Of a stretch of DNA of 64,000 nucleotides, positions 26,500 to 40,059 are shown in pieces (within the stretch, counting starts at the first letter, position 1; each line of letters begins with the position of its first letter). Source of the stretch: Octopus sinensis (taxonomy: Eukaryota); assembly GCF_006345805.1 (NCBI RefSeq), contig NC_043000.1, forward strand, positions 53,010,001-53,074,000. Direction: 5' to 3'. The notes beneath the pieces were generated by a model. It did not search any database and was not told where the DNA came from. It saw only the letters and a program-made list of their open reading frames with translations. The translations under genes and the position numbers were made by a program.

Positions 26500-27800
26500 T
26501 TTCATCATATGCATATTCTTTGCATAACGTTTTATGTCATCCACAATACGGGTAATCTCCGTATTTCTGTTTCCTTCGGAATCAGTGAGATATCTTTCAG
26601 ACTACCTTAAAATGAATTACAAGGGGTTTAGAGTAAGGAAAAAGAGAGGGGACAGAGAGGCTGTCCCCTTGGAATATGCCTTTGCGATATTGTATTCTAT
26701 CAGGGATAATACAGTCACTCTTTGTGTCTAATTTCAAGGTGGTTGCCCACGATGAAGTCATGTCAGCTATAGCTTTGACTATGCTCACTGGAACTTTAGC
26801 AAATTGAAGGGCTTTTGGCATCCATGACTAGGGAACCGAGTCAAACCTTTCTTGTAGTCTAGCCAGATTGAAGCTAGGTACCTCCTAAGCTCTTGCACAA
26901 TTGACATGACACTTTTGTTGATTAATAATTGCTTGGCACATCCCCAGACTCCCTATTTCCCAGCTACTTGTTCTGCTGTAATGATGTTATTCGTTTCACA
27001 ATGGTCCCGGAGGAAGAGATTTAAACATGTTGTATATATGTTATACATTAATTTCTGGTCGGTAGTTTTTTGCCATGTGGGTGGTTCTTCATTTGGGGAT
27101 TAATTTTCTCTCTGCCAGAGCTTGCCACTGTGAAATGCTTTTCCCAATGGGAGCTTGCTAATAGAGATTGATAAGATATGGTCGGTTGAAGGTTAGATTC
27201 TTGTACCAATATCCGACAATCAAATCTCTTCTAGGTGCTTTTCCATCGTTGAGTTTCTGAATTATAGTTGCAAGCGTTTCAGCATCAAATTTGTATGTCT
27301 TGTGTGTAACGGAGGAGCAATAACTTCTTCGGATTTCTTCCAGTCACATCTTGGTTAAACTCCTCTTCACTCCAGATTTTCTTCCAGAAGGAGTCTATGT
27401 CTTCTCCTGAAGTAGCTTCTGTGATTTTCACTACTCCTCCCCTCAGGTCTCTGTCTCTGCCTGGTTCCGCTAATTTATTTATTTATTTCGTTTTGTTTAA
27501 TGTTTGTTCTCTCGGATATTCTCTTCTGGTGTCGGAGCTTTTCACTGACAGTTTTTAGATACTGCTTGAGGGTATGCAAATGTCCTCATTTTGCTGTAGC
27601 CAGACATAATTTATATCTCCTTTAACCTCTGTTGGTGGGACGTATGCTGATTGCTTGATTGCACACAGTGAGCTTTATTACATGACTGAGGGTCTTCCGT
27701 AAACCAGTTATCGTTTACTCTGTCTTCTAAGCCCATGACGGTACTTTCTTTGTTGCTTCGGTTATGTTTACTTCTTGAATGTCATTACTGTACGGTTTTG
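26500..27800 (-). mobile_element. Decayed RLE-type LINE: N-terminal region and RT fragment
   Basis: Minus strand gives a WLDYKK.FDSVP.SW-like motif, RKGIFQGDSLSV (ORF 26597-26821) and a ..VDDIKRYAKN (YxDD-equivalent) segment. Confidence 0.85.
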
Positions 27801-27829
27801 CAGTAGTAACGACAGTATATTGAACAGGC

Positions 27830-28430
27830 GTTATTCAGTCCGTATATGGGTTCCTCACACTGCTGTAAATGCTTATCACCAATTTCTATGTCTGTATATG
27901 TGCTGATGTTTATGTTTTATTTTATGTACATATTCTCTTGCATATAGTTACATATCTAGACATGCTCATATGTATTTCAATGATAAACTACTGGAAAGCT
28001 TTACAAATCTTTACAGTTCCAGTGATCGATTGCATCTGTATTCTTCGAAAGCTTTCTCTTTTCTGGATTTGAGAAGCCTAATTTCTCAAGACTGGTATTT
28101 ATATAGTGTGTTACATATTCCAGTACTAAAACAATTGCAAGTATAAACCTGAACTAGTAATATGGATAGAGTAACTGCAGATTTCTCAATAGTTCAGCAT
28201 AGGTATTCTCAACATACGCCGGGCAGCTAATTTCCAAAACTGTACACAGTTTCCCTTCTCTATCCCAAATCATTATATCAGAACTCTTGTGCTTACATTT
28301 TATTAAGGTTTTCACTGGAATATTCGACCAGTATTCCTTTTTTATTGAGTGGCAATAGATTCAGCCATACTGCGGATTATTATTTCTTTGTCCTCGGGGT
28401 TATCATTAAGACGAATTTCCTTATAGAGTG
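27830..28430 (-). mobile_element. Decayed RLE-type LINE: endonuclease C-terminus and 3' UTR
   Basis: Manual translation: EYWSNIPVKT.IKCKH..SDIMIWDREGKLCTVLEISCPA...YAELLRNLQLLYP...LEKLGF...QSITGTVKICKAF*. Confidence 0.8.
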
Positions 28431-28519
28431 TCCTAGCACTCTAACATGGCGTAATCGAAAAGAAAAATTACGTCAGTTTTTTCAGAGGAAATTTTTGAAT
28501 AAGATATATGTTACAGGCA

Positions 28520-28700
28520 AATAACCAATTTTCTTTCTGACACATGGACAAAAGTAAAGCTAAAAAAGTTGGCTTGCCGTATATTTAATCGGAAGAACAA
28601 CTACACACCATACACAATCAACTGGAACATCGTGGAGAAAGATACGCCATATGTAAATTAGTCAATGTGATGCAAGGTTTGATCGCGCGCTTTTTATTTA
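28520..28700 (+). mobile_element. Short Penelope-like GIY-YIG C-terminal relic
   Basis: ...RKNNYTPYTINWNIVEKDTPY resembles the PLE 'LK...Y.I.W.I..KA.PY' segment. Confidence 0.4.
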
Positions 28701-29204
28701 GATCCAATAATATCACTGCAATACTTAATTCCAGGTTAAAATTTATAGCAATTCGAGCAGCTGTCTCCTAGACTTTGGGCTCTGACTAGTAGAATTATTC
28801 TGCATTAGCTAGATTGATTACTATGGCTTTACGGGCAAAGGGTACGGAACTCTTAATTATTTCTTTTCTTTATTTTTCCTTTTTTATGCAGATTTATTCT
28901 GTTGTTCCAGCTTCCCATCTTCCTGTTTTAATATCGTGTTTTCTCAAAGACCAGTTTCATACACCGGAGAGAAAGAGAGAGAAAGACAGACAGACACACA
29001 CACACACAGAAAAAGAGACAAACAGACAGAATGTAATATTGGTAATATGATTTTATTAAGAAAAGCTCGTTATCTGCGGCTTTAGAATTTCTTTTCTCTT
29101 TAGAATTCTCCTTAAGTGTCAATCGTAAGTAATGATTAAGTAGAAGTTACTACGGGATATTTTGTTGAATATTCAATCTGTTCATTATTACGAATATATG
29201 TATG

Positions 29205-29250
<46 letters not shown>

Positions 29251-30127
29251 TGTGTGAGTGTGTGTTTGTGTGCGTGCGTGTATCTGTTTGTGTGAGTGTG
29301 TGCGTGTGTGTAATTTTTTCCACACCTAGGCACCCTTGTAGACGCACACTCACCCGCACACTTCAAAAGAGACATTAAGTATACACATCAAAAACATATA
29401 CACATATATTATGTCTATTATCAATTCAAAAATCCAAACACTGACAAACAATGTGTATATGAATAAATAAAAATAATTTTAATACACGATAGTTTTTGAG
29501 CTACAATAACTGCAAGTTACACACTAAAAAGTAAACAAACTATAACAGCAAGAAATTATCATTAAGTTTTAATATGAAGCAAAAGAAAAATTGAGAAATG
29601 TATTTTTATTATATTTATATTCCACGTTATGTTTTGTGAAAAATTTCAAAACATCAGAAAAGAATATGCACGTTGTTTAAAAGTGATGCTGAGATAAATG
29701 GAACATTCAATAATGTGTATTCATCCATCATAGTAAGAAGCGGAGATAAAGAAGTATTGATAAACATTCAATATATGTAGAGAGTTTTCCTTATCTATTT
29801 CTTCGTTGATTTCATTAATTAGTATCTTTATATATTATCACATTTGTCTTTCTTTTAAAAGCTTTTTTTCTTTTCCATTTTCCATTTACTCTGAATTGTC
29901 TGCAGGTGCATTTTCGACATACATGAAACACGTGCAAATAAACATATAAATACGAACGTATGCAGATGCTAATTCAACTACTGTACGAGACATGCACACA
30001 CATACACACACACACACATGCATATACACATACGCGCACACTCAGACATAAAAAATGCATGCACACACACACAAACAAACATACAGACATGCACAAACGC
30101 ACACACATACACAAACACACTCTCTCG

Positions 30128-30162
<35 letters not shown>

Positions 30163-30450
30163 ACACATACACATACGAATACACAGCCATGTAAATAAAT
30201 GCAATTATAGTTAGAAAACCACTTCAAAAAAGAAGTAGAGACTGAAAATTATATTCATAGACACCAGAGCACTTCACTTGAATATTCCATAGAAAATGAA
30301 GCGAATATCCGAGACGCAAGAGTAAACTATTGAGAATGATTGTGGATTGTGGTATGTTTGTGGATACTGTATATATTCATACACATACACACACACATGT
30401 ATGTATATGTATACATATATATGTATGTATGTATATATATAATATATATA

Positions 30451-30535
<85 letters not shown>

Positions 30536-32236
30536 TGTAGCGACGGACGCAGAATTATTACAAAAACGTAATATTTACATTCAACTTCACATGGATACCT
30601 TGTGAGGACACCGAATACTGCGTTCTTAGTCTCCAATATAGTAAGTTTGTTGCATAAAAACATACTCATGAATCAAAGGAGACGAAATTCCTCTGCCATG
30701 AGCTTTTGTACAGATGTGTCAATGATAGGAATGTCTTGTTTAGCAGAGACTTACCAAACACACTCGACACATGCGTTCATTTCCTCATGGATTTATTTGT
30801 GCTTTTCCAACTACGCCGGATATATTAAAAGATACATAAGAGAGATGATAAAATGTAAGAATTGTCCATAGCTGGTAGAATGAAAAAAAGACCTTGCAGA
30901 GTGCCGATCCCATTCTGTAAACAGCGTATGCATCTGCTCAAAAAAAGGGCAGGCATCACTCAATCCCAGGTTTTGGACGAAAGTTAACTTCACCCTGTGA
31001 AATGTTGTGTTGTTCGTCCTACAGGATAATTGCTAATTGCGAAAATACCCTGCTATAAGAACGTTACAAATTACACAAGAGAAGACATTAAGTATTGAGT
31101 AAAATCCAATCCAGTTTTCTTAGTTGCCCGATTTTCCAGAAACGTTAAAAAATCCATGTTTTCTGCATTTTTATAATGTATTGCCACTAAAATATTGCTT
31201 CATGTCTACAATTAACATTTGATCAGTGCATACACACGCAAACACACACATACACACACACACAAAGGTACATATATACATATATATTATACTTCTTAAC
31301 AGAGTGTAAGAATTAATATAATTATAGTTATTAAGGTAAATGTAAGCGTGTGGCTAAATAATATGCGTATGCATGTTGTATGTATGTATGAATGCACTCA
31401 TATGCATGTATGCATCTACATATATATATGCGTATGTGTGAGTGTGTGTATGTAATATTTGTTTATGCGTGTGTATATGTATAAATGTGTATGCCTATTT
31501 ATAGATAGACAGACAGGCAGACAGACAGACAGAAAGATAGATAGATCGATAGATAGATAGACATGTAATAAAGTAATCATTCTCGTGCTACTAAGGCTGA
31601 GACTGTTCTAAGTGTGATTAGTGTATATTTTTGCGATGCCTTCCAACTACAATAAAATTTATATTGCAGAAATCTCTTTTATCAACATTTCTATGGCGCT
31701 CATCTGATAGATACGGTTGTCTTTGAGGCGATCAAAATATTCCGAGCGTTTACACGGTTTTTACTGCATTGAAATCTCCTAATGCAAAGATAGATTTTCC
31801 CAACGTGCCCCTAGGCGAGGATATTATGATTCTTTCGCACATTGCCTGAAATATCTTGATAATCTAACAAAATAGGTTTGCCTAAAATATCTTGGTAATC
31901 TAAAAAAATGGGTTCTCTATATATATGGTTTACTCCTTAGGCAAAAAAAAAATGAAGAGGTTTACGATATAAAATTTCCCGAAACAAGCATAAACGTTTC
32001 CAGCATATCTTAATAAATATATACATATCCTCTTTTTGGAATTAGACATGTATAAAACTCACTTTTTGACTACATAATACATCCGTTACGAAAGACAGCT
32101 GATACCCTCCCGATTGGTAATAATGATGTGTGTGTATATTAAATATATATATATATATATGAGTTTTGGAAGAGGTCGTGTATGTATGTATGTATATATG
32201 TATGTGTATGCATGTATATATATATATATATATATA

Positions 32237-33098
32237 TGAGGTCTGATCTTTAAGTATCTGGATTTTTTACCATAGTAACGAAGGTGAACTACGCCGAGTG
32301 AAGCCACTTGCCACAGATTGGCCTTGGCCTCTATTGTGCATGCGCACTAAATTTTAATGTTGTAGATCACTTCTGCTGTTTACAGCAGTGCTTGGAAAGA
32401 GCGCGTGGAGCGTCTGATCATCGCATTGACCATGACAAGGAAAATTGCCATTGTGATACCTGCTGAAAGGCCCGCACAAAGTTGGAGAAAGTGTATGGAG
32501 AGGAGTATTTGAGCCACACACAAGTGTAGAAGTAGTGCAGACGTTTCCAAAATGGCTGAAAACATGTAGATGTTGACGAACTTTCTAGGAGACCCGCGAC
32601 CAGCACAACTGAGAAAGACATTGCAAATGTGCGTGCAGTTGTGCGGGGAAATCGTCGAATTACCATCTGTGCGTTATCAGAAGATGTGTAGATTAGTGAG
32701 GTTTCAATTCAGTCCATTATCAGTGAAGATTTGGGCATGAGACGAGTGTCTGCCAAGTTTGTGCCAAAACTGCTTTGAATTGACGAAAAAGACACTTGGG
32801 TTTCAGTTGCACAAGATCTCCTTGATTGTGTAGGCTTTTTGGCAGGCATCGCGAAGCTTTTGGCAAAAGTTAATGCAGATTCTCTGCTCAATTTTCTCTG
32901 TCATTGTCAATGCGAAAATCACGCGCTACACGCATTCCTTCCAAGTACTGCTGTAAACAGCGGAAGTGAGGTAGAACGGTGAACATTTGTGCTCATGCAC
33001 AACAGAGCATAAGACCAATGCGTGCCAAGTGGCCTCATTCTGCATGTTTAAGCTTCGAAACTATGACAACAATCCGATTACCTTTTGATCAGACCACG
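32237..33098. mobile_element. Non-autonomous mariner derivative made of two inverted 5' ends
   Basis: TIRs (C/T)GAGGTCTGATC.. and ..GATCAGACCACG, with TA on both sides. 32370-32450 is the reverse complement of ~32890-32970. The plus strand has the transposase N-terminal HTH (RPATSTTEKDIANVRAVVRGNRRIT...EDLGMRRVSAKFVPKLL). The minus strand at ~32830-32910 has MTEKIEQRICINFCQKL. Confidence 0.85.
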
Positions 33099-34399
33099 TA
33101 TATATATATATATATTAATAGCAAGTAATATATATTAATAGAAATGTACAGTATTATATATCTATTACGTCCTATCATGGGAATCAATTTCGCATTAGGT
33201 GTTCAACGCAGTGTTAGGTGACAGTTTGATTATGTAACTCTGCGCTCTTCATAAAACGCAACTTGTATGGAAAATACAGGTAAATAAATAACTGATATAT
33301 AAAATATAATAATACATCCTTCAAATAAATCTTTCAAATATAGTTCCTCTAATATCCAGAAAAGACAGATAATTCCGATAAGGTGATACCTCTTATACTA
33401 CTCCATTTGGAAAGCAATGTTTATAGGGAGATAATCAAATCTGTAAAGAAAAGGAATGAAAGAGGTTATCATGTACTACGGCTGTTTCTAAATCACAGAC
33501 ATTGTATCATAGTTAGCATTGAGAATGTCTTGTAGTCCTAAGTTGTGCTTTTTCTTCGGGTACATAAATATTTATGCGAAAATATTCCTCTGTACTGGAG
33601 AATGGAAAAGAAAACCTGGCTAGCGCAAAGAATGAAAAGAATTGAGAAGGAGAAGGATTCAGCACAGAATCAATGACAAGTCCTACCCACCGATTTTCAT
33701 AGCAAGATAGATAAGTGTGTTGTCTCATTTACGTAACAACATACCTATTGTTGTGCCTACAATAACTGCATTTCATATCAGTGCAGCTAATGTTCAAATA
33801 TTGAATTCACGGAAATATGTATGTATACGAGAAAAAGAAAACAATATATTTTGCTTCTATATACAAAGCTTAGTTTTGGTATTTGTTCATTGATAACTTT
33901 TCCGGGATGCAAGCTTATTGCAGCCATTTGCGTACCTGTTTCGCATAATTTACTCATCGACTCTTATTTAATATTATGGTATATCTTTATATATATAAAA
34001 TCCGAAGATGTTCGAGGTGGATGTGTTCAATCTTCTTCACAATGTCTTTAATATATATTTATGTCGGTAGAATGTGAAGTTATATAGTACAACCACATAA
34101 ACTTCTATACTTTTCTAAAACAAAAGTGTTCATATATACATTACGCTACAGCGGTTATCTGGCAGAAGCGTTCGAATATCGATCAAAATACTTAGCGTTA
34201 TTCTTCCGGTTGTTTTATAACCTGAGTTCAAATTCAGATGAAATCGCCTTTGACTAATATCCTCGTGGAGTTTATAATATAAGAACCAGTTGAGAATCGA
34301 GGTTTATGTAATTTGCTATTCGCTTCGCCTAATGCCTAAGGCTGACAAAGATAGACGCATGGAATCTCAACAAATGAGGTTTAATTTTCAACATAATAT

Positions 34400-35446
34400 C
34401 ATTTGCCGTTCACACATACTTTTCCTATCCTTGTTGCATTACTTGGATCTCATTGTTAAAGGCGCTTTCAACCTGTTTGGTCAGTGCGATACTGGTTCCA
34501 AGCCAAAAGTTTTTCATGGGTAACCGATGATATTTAGAGTGGGGGTAAATCGGGAGAACAGGGATGATGATCAACCAGATCAAAGCAATAGTTGCATGCA
34601 GCGGCCATCGAAACCAAACGTTGTGTGCAGGAGTGTTGTCCTGATGAAACAAGGTCCTTTTCGTCAGTTTACCGTGGCGTTTTGTCTTGATAGTCTTTGG
34701 TAGCAAGTTGGCATAGTACTCTCCATTGATGATGTAGCATTTTTGAAGAGGTGTTTCTACTGCATAGCAAATCTCTTTGTCACTAGCTCAATGTAATGAA
34801 CCTAATACTTATCCTGGCTTAGCAACCGTTCAAGGAAAGCAACTGGATCTGCTTCAAACCGTGTTAGATTTTCACGTGATGGATCATTCCAGTGCGCTTT
34901 TAATCAACAGTCAAAAGACATGGGCAGCCACTGAGCAGCAACCTTCGTTATACCTGATTCATAGTGTAGAATATTCTAAGCTCAATCAACGACCGTTTTA
35001 TTTATAGTCCCTTTCTAATGACCCATCACTTGTGGTGAACATGATGAATGGTTCTCTCACTGGTGCCAGCGGTAGGACGTCCAGCTTTTGAGTCATTTTC
35101 AAGACTCCCCCTTCCCCACCCCTAAATTCTCCTGCGTACCTTTGCACCGTTGGTAAAACTAGAGCGTCACCCCCCAATATAGCAACAATGTGAGGATTAA
35201 TATCCTTGCGAGCTACGACATTTTCTTGCAGGTATTTGATGACACTGATGCCAAATTTTGTCGATTTTCAAGAGAAGTCTATACCAGTTAAATTTGAAGA
35301 CTTATTTGAAGAGAGACATATCAGTTTACTAGCAATAAAACAATGGCATTATTGAGGACAGGAGTTGGAATTTAATAGCAGCAATACTTCAAAGCACTAG
35401 CATCACTATTTCATAGTCAACCTATCAACTTTCCAGTCCAATATTG
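34400..35446 (-). mobile_element. Decayed mariner (DD34D-type) element
   Basis: Relics include DKIWH..VIKYLQ, GESLENDSKAGRP and LFHQDNTPAH (ORF 34425-34706); a TIR-like end followed by TA at ~35417-35448. Confidence 0.82.
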
Positions 35447-37137
35447 TATAGTAGCACAAAAATAATAACTTCATAATGAATTAAATTTTACCTTGAATGT
35501 TACATGTTTTTAGACACTAACATGTATTCTCATTTTATGCTGCCTCTTGAATTCTTCATATAAATGTGAACAACGCAGATAGAGATGTCATATGACTTCA
35601 GATTTATACTTGTCACTTCTGTTTCTAATATGATAGTCAGTATAATGATTTCTTTATCAGAACTTTAATGCTTCTCTCTAATGACCAATTCTGGAGCTTG
35701 AAAATTTGTTCATGTGATATACCTATGTTCCAGATTCTTATATTCAATGTTTACTTTCAGACATACCGTATATGATACAGATGTATTTCTACCTAGATGG
35801 TAAATGTTACTTTCAGTTCCTTACTCACACATAAAAGCATAGAGACCTACATGCGGATATACAAACGCAATCAAATGTAGTTAACACTTGTAATGCAATT
35901 AGTTTCTATACTTTGTTTCTCAACGGGTGTAGATATACAGATATATTCAAACACATACTTACATTTATACAGGCATATATCAGATAAATGAGACGTTAAT
36001 GTATAATATAGATTTAACTGAAGGATTAAAATATTCGTATTTAAATCACGCACTCGTACTTTTACTTTCACCCTATCAAGTGACAAACTAGTACTCCTAC
36101 ATTCGTACAAATGTATGTAAGTATGTATGTATGTATGTATATGTACTTCAGGATAGTCATACATAAATGTGTCTATATATATACATAGATACATACTTAT
36201 ATATATATATATATGTATGTATGTATATATGTGTATATACATGCGTATCTATCTATATATTATATACATATATATGTGTGCGTGTGTTTACGTTTGTATG
36301 TGTGAGTGTTGGTTTGCATTTGTGTGTTTGCGTGTGTGTATGTGTGTGTGAGTGAGTGTGAGAGCGAGATAGGGAAATATTAAATGGAATATATATATTG
36401 GCGGTTTACTTCACCAGGAGTTCTCTAAACGCTAGCTAACAATGTCTATAGAGATAGATAGCTTTCATAAGAGGAACTCTTCTATACGACATGAAGTACC
36501 AGGGGATAATATATGAGTCATAGACTATAATATAGTGGGTCGAAGAAAAGTGGTTGCGATTTCATATATTTCTACATTCCAAGCGTTTCAACAAGATGTT
36601 ACTATTTTTTCGCTAAATATATTTTAGACAATGAATTAAGTATGGGCATTCTCAGATCTCTTTCCTGCAAACACTACATTCAAAGAACTATGTCAAATAC
36701 TTATGTTTTGTTAATTCATACTTCAGTTCAGACAGGCTGCTGCTAAGTTTGGTTTAGCTTAGATACTATAGATCCTCATTAGAGGCTTCCTTCATTCCTA
36801 AAGATGATCTTTTAAAGCGTTGGTGTTAAATGCAGTTACAGGATATCATGAGAATAAGCAATTGTAGGATTTATTACTGTTAACTTACCGCCAGCGAATG
36901 CATGCCCAAGGCATGCAGGCCCAAACCACCAGATTTATCTTTTATTGAGCATAATATATAAGAATTCTCGATCTATGAGATGGAAAATTCAAGTTAGAGA
37001 AATCGCTTAGATGCACACAGTATATCCAGTTAATACTTTCTGTACAATAAATATAACAGGTACGTTAATAGAGTTTTTCCCTTTTAGAGCCACCAGTCAT
37101 ATGCACGTAGTACTCACATGTACTAGCTTCTCTATGC

Positions 37138-37185
<48 letters not shown>

Positions 37186-37268
37186 CAAAAACTATCCGAC
37201 GAACGGGAACGCGAAACTCAGAGCAACAGGTTTTGTTGAATTTGCTGCTTGTTGAATCTGCTGCTTTA

Positions 37269-37341
<73 letters not shown>

Positions 37342-37344
<3 letters not shown>

Positions 37345-37714
37345 AATGAAATCAAAAACAGAACACAAAGGATGTCGTGGTACACGTGTTTCAAGACTCT
37401 ATGTTGACTGGTGATACAGTAAGGACAGATTTTCGAAATCCACTGATCCCTTACACGCTTATACAGTTACGAAATTTTACAAATACACTTTCTCAGGGAA
37501 ATATGATATACCTATTATAATGGGTAATACTACATGTACTTTTCATATTTTTTATAGCGTGATGTAACTCTTTGAAATAACAATGTATGCGGCTGAAGAG
37601 AGCTTTAAACCATATTTTATATCTATTATACACTGATGTAAGAACAGGTCGTTTATAAAGCTTGAAACACGTGTACCACGACATCCTTTGTGTTCTGTTT
37701 TTGATTTCATTTGA
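37342..37714. mobile_element. 373-bp element with perfect 54-bp terminal inverted repeats, TA-flanked (MITE-like)
   Basis: 37342-37395 (TCAAATGAAATCAAAAACAGAACACAAAGGATGTCGTGGTACACGTGTTTCAAG) is the exact reverse complement of 37661-37714; inserted at the edge of a (TA)n array. Confidence 0.88.
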
Positions 37715-37790
37715 TATATTCTCTCACCTCTGCCACTATCTGGCGTATACAGGTGCTTACACTTATCAAGTATTCACCCTAAATTTGCAG

Positions 37791-37821
<31 letters not shown>

Positions 37822-37839
37822 TATATATGTACATATATG

Positions 37840-37886
<47 letters not shown>

Positions 37887-38722
37887 TTAATATACAAAAA
37901 TCTGATGAATAGAGAACTTAAAATTGTGTGACTTGAATAATTCGGCCATAATTTCCATTTGGAAAGTGGAAGATATGACGTAATTAAATAAATTAAGTAC
38001 CTAGTTTATTTTTCTTGCACACAACGCAAGGCATCGCGCATATATAACGTGTAAAGAGTAATATACAATATATCCAGTATACAATATATCCAAGTAAAAG
38101 TCATTTAAAATTTCCGACTTCTCTGTCTCTTGATGTTGGTGATTTTGTGAAAAAAAAAAGAATACCTCATTGACCAAAAGTAATTACTATAATGATAACA
38201 TATAATAAATATGGTAAGTGATCAATTTTATTTGATTGAGTTGAAGTTTTCAACGAAATATCGAATGAACATTTTACTACGTACAAAATTTTATTCAGGG
38301 AATAATATGCATATATTTGTACACCAAAGATTTAATAACAAAGTTAATAAATGTTCATATCTCACATGTATCCCTATAGCAATAAATTCCATTTTAAGTA
38401 TACACGTTGAATGTCCTCAAATCAATTATCAGAATAATCAATTACTAAAAGACAACGATTTTCAAATACTCATTTACTTCCAGATATATAGCCTTCATTT
38501 ATATTTAAATATTTGCTTTCATCTTTTACTTTGCTGCCTTTTTTTATTCGCCTCCATGACGTAGAGTTTTCATTTATGTTTAATAATTTTGTGTTCAAAT
38601 TAATCTGCCAAATGCATTCACGTTGTTTTAAATTAATCATGTATTATGTCATAGCTTTGGCATTTCGATAGCATGCGTGTACTTTTAGAATTACATTGTA
38701 TACTCATTAATATTACAAGGTC

Positions 38723-39127
38723 AAGGCAGTGAGCTGGCAGAAACGTTAGCACATCAGGCAAAATTCATAGCGGTATTTCGTCTGTCGCGACGTTCTGAGT
38801 TCAAATTCCGCCGAGGTCGACTTTGCCTTTCATCCTTTCGGGGTCGATTAAATAATTACCAGTTACGCACTGGAGTCAATATAATCGACTTAATCCGTGT
38901 GTCTGTCCTTGTTTGTCCCCTCTGTGTTTAGCCCTTTGTGGGTAGTAAAGAAAGAGGTATTTCGTCTGTTTTTACGTTCTGAGTTCAAATTCCGTCGAGG
39001 TCCACTTTGTCCTTCATCCTTTCGGGATCGATAAATTAACTACCATTTGCGTACTGGAGTCAACCTAATCGACTGACCCACACCCCCAACGAAATTTCGG
39101 GCCTTGTGCTTTAAGTAGAAAAGATTA
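38723..39127 (+). mobile_element. SINE family 1 dimer (full tail-A copy followed by 5'-truncated tail-B copy)
   Basis: Monomer 1 at 38723-38955 ends GTAAAGAAAGA. Monomer 2 at 38956-39127 restarts at GGTATTTCGTCTG and ends GGCCTTGTGCTTTAAGTAGAAAAG. Confidence 0.88.
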
Positions 39128-40059
39128 ATGTTAATATGGCCGTTCTGGCTCGTTTGAGTATAAAGCGGTTATTACCTATACTTGGACCAGAAATGCTAAA
39201 GGGTTAAGGTGTTATGTTTTCTTTCCTTAGAAATGTTTGCATATTTTAATCGATGCCCTCAAAATTCAGTATATGAATATCAGATGAAAAACCATAATAT
39301 GATTGTCAAAAATATGTAACAATATACAAAATAACGTTATTGTTAAGTCTCACAAATATTAGACTCTCTTCTACCGTTACACTCATTGGGTAGCGACTAT
39401 TGCGGGGCACACAATTGAAGAAATTCAGAAGATGTAAAAAGGGAGGCAGCTCGATACACATTTGTAAAAGCACATATATCGCAAGACGTGTTGTGGTCGT
39501 GCGTACATAATCTCACATACAACCTCACTGTTTTACACGTTAGTGTGCATATGCATACTGCAACATGCGCACACAATCACATATGCATGTTCATATGTTT
39601 ATTTTGCTATAGCTTGTGTCAATATCTAACATGTATATATGTGTGTGTATGTGTGTGTGTGCGTACGTGTGTCTGTGTGTGTATGTGTGTGCGTATGGGT
39701 GAGAGTGCCTTTGTGAGTACGAGTGTGTGTGTGAACGTGTATGTGTGTGTGTTTGCGTGTGTGTATGTGTGTCTTAAGAAATTATTTAGACTCAGTTAAA
39801 TTACGTACTTAGTTGAGGTATTATCCGCACAGTTCGAAGTAAATGTGAATAGAATCAAATAATTACCAGGATTTCAGGCATTAATAGAATACGACTGTTT
39901 CAAGCAACTCCATTTAAGTGAGCAATGTCAGCATTACATCAATTTATGTTCAGTGACATCCTCAGTTGCAAAAGATATGGATTTTCAGCACACAAGATAT
40001 ATCAATATAATATTTCTCAAATATTTTATCAGAGCTAGAAGACGAAAGAATTCCATGCT

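Noticed and set aside
33513-33728. ORF containing STEEYFRINIYVP, resembling hAT 'EEYYR..Y.P'
   Set aside because: One short motif with no supporting flanking domain.
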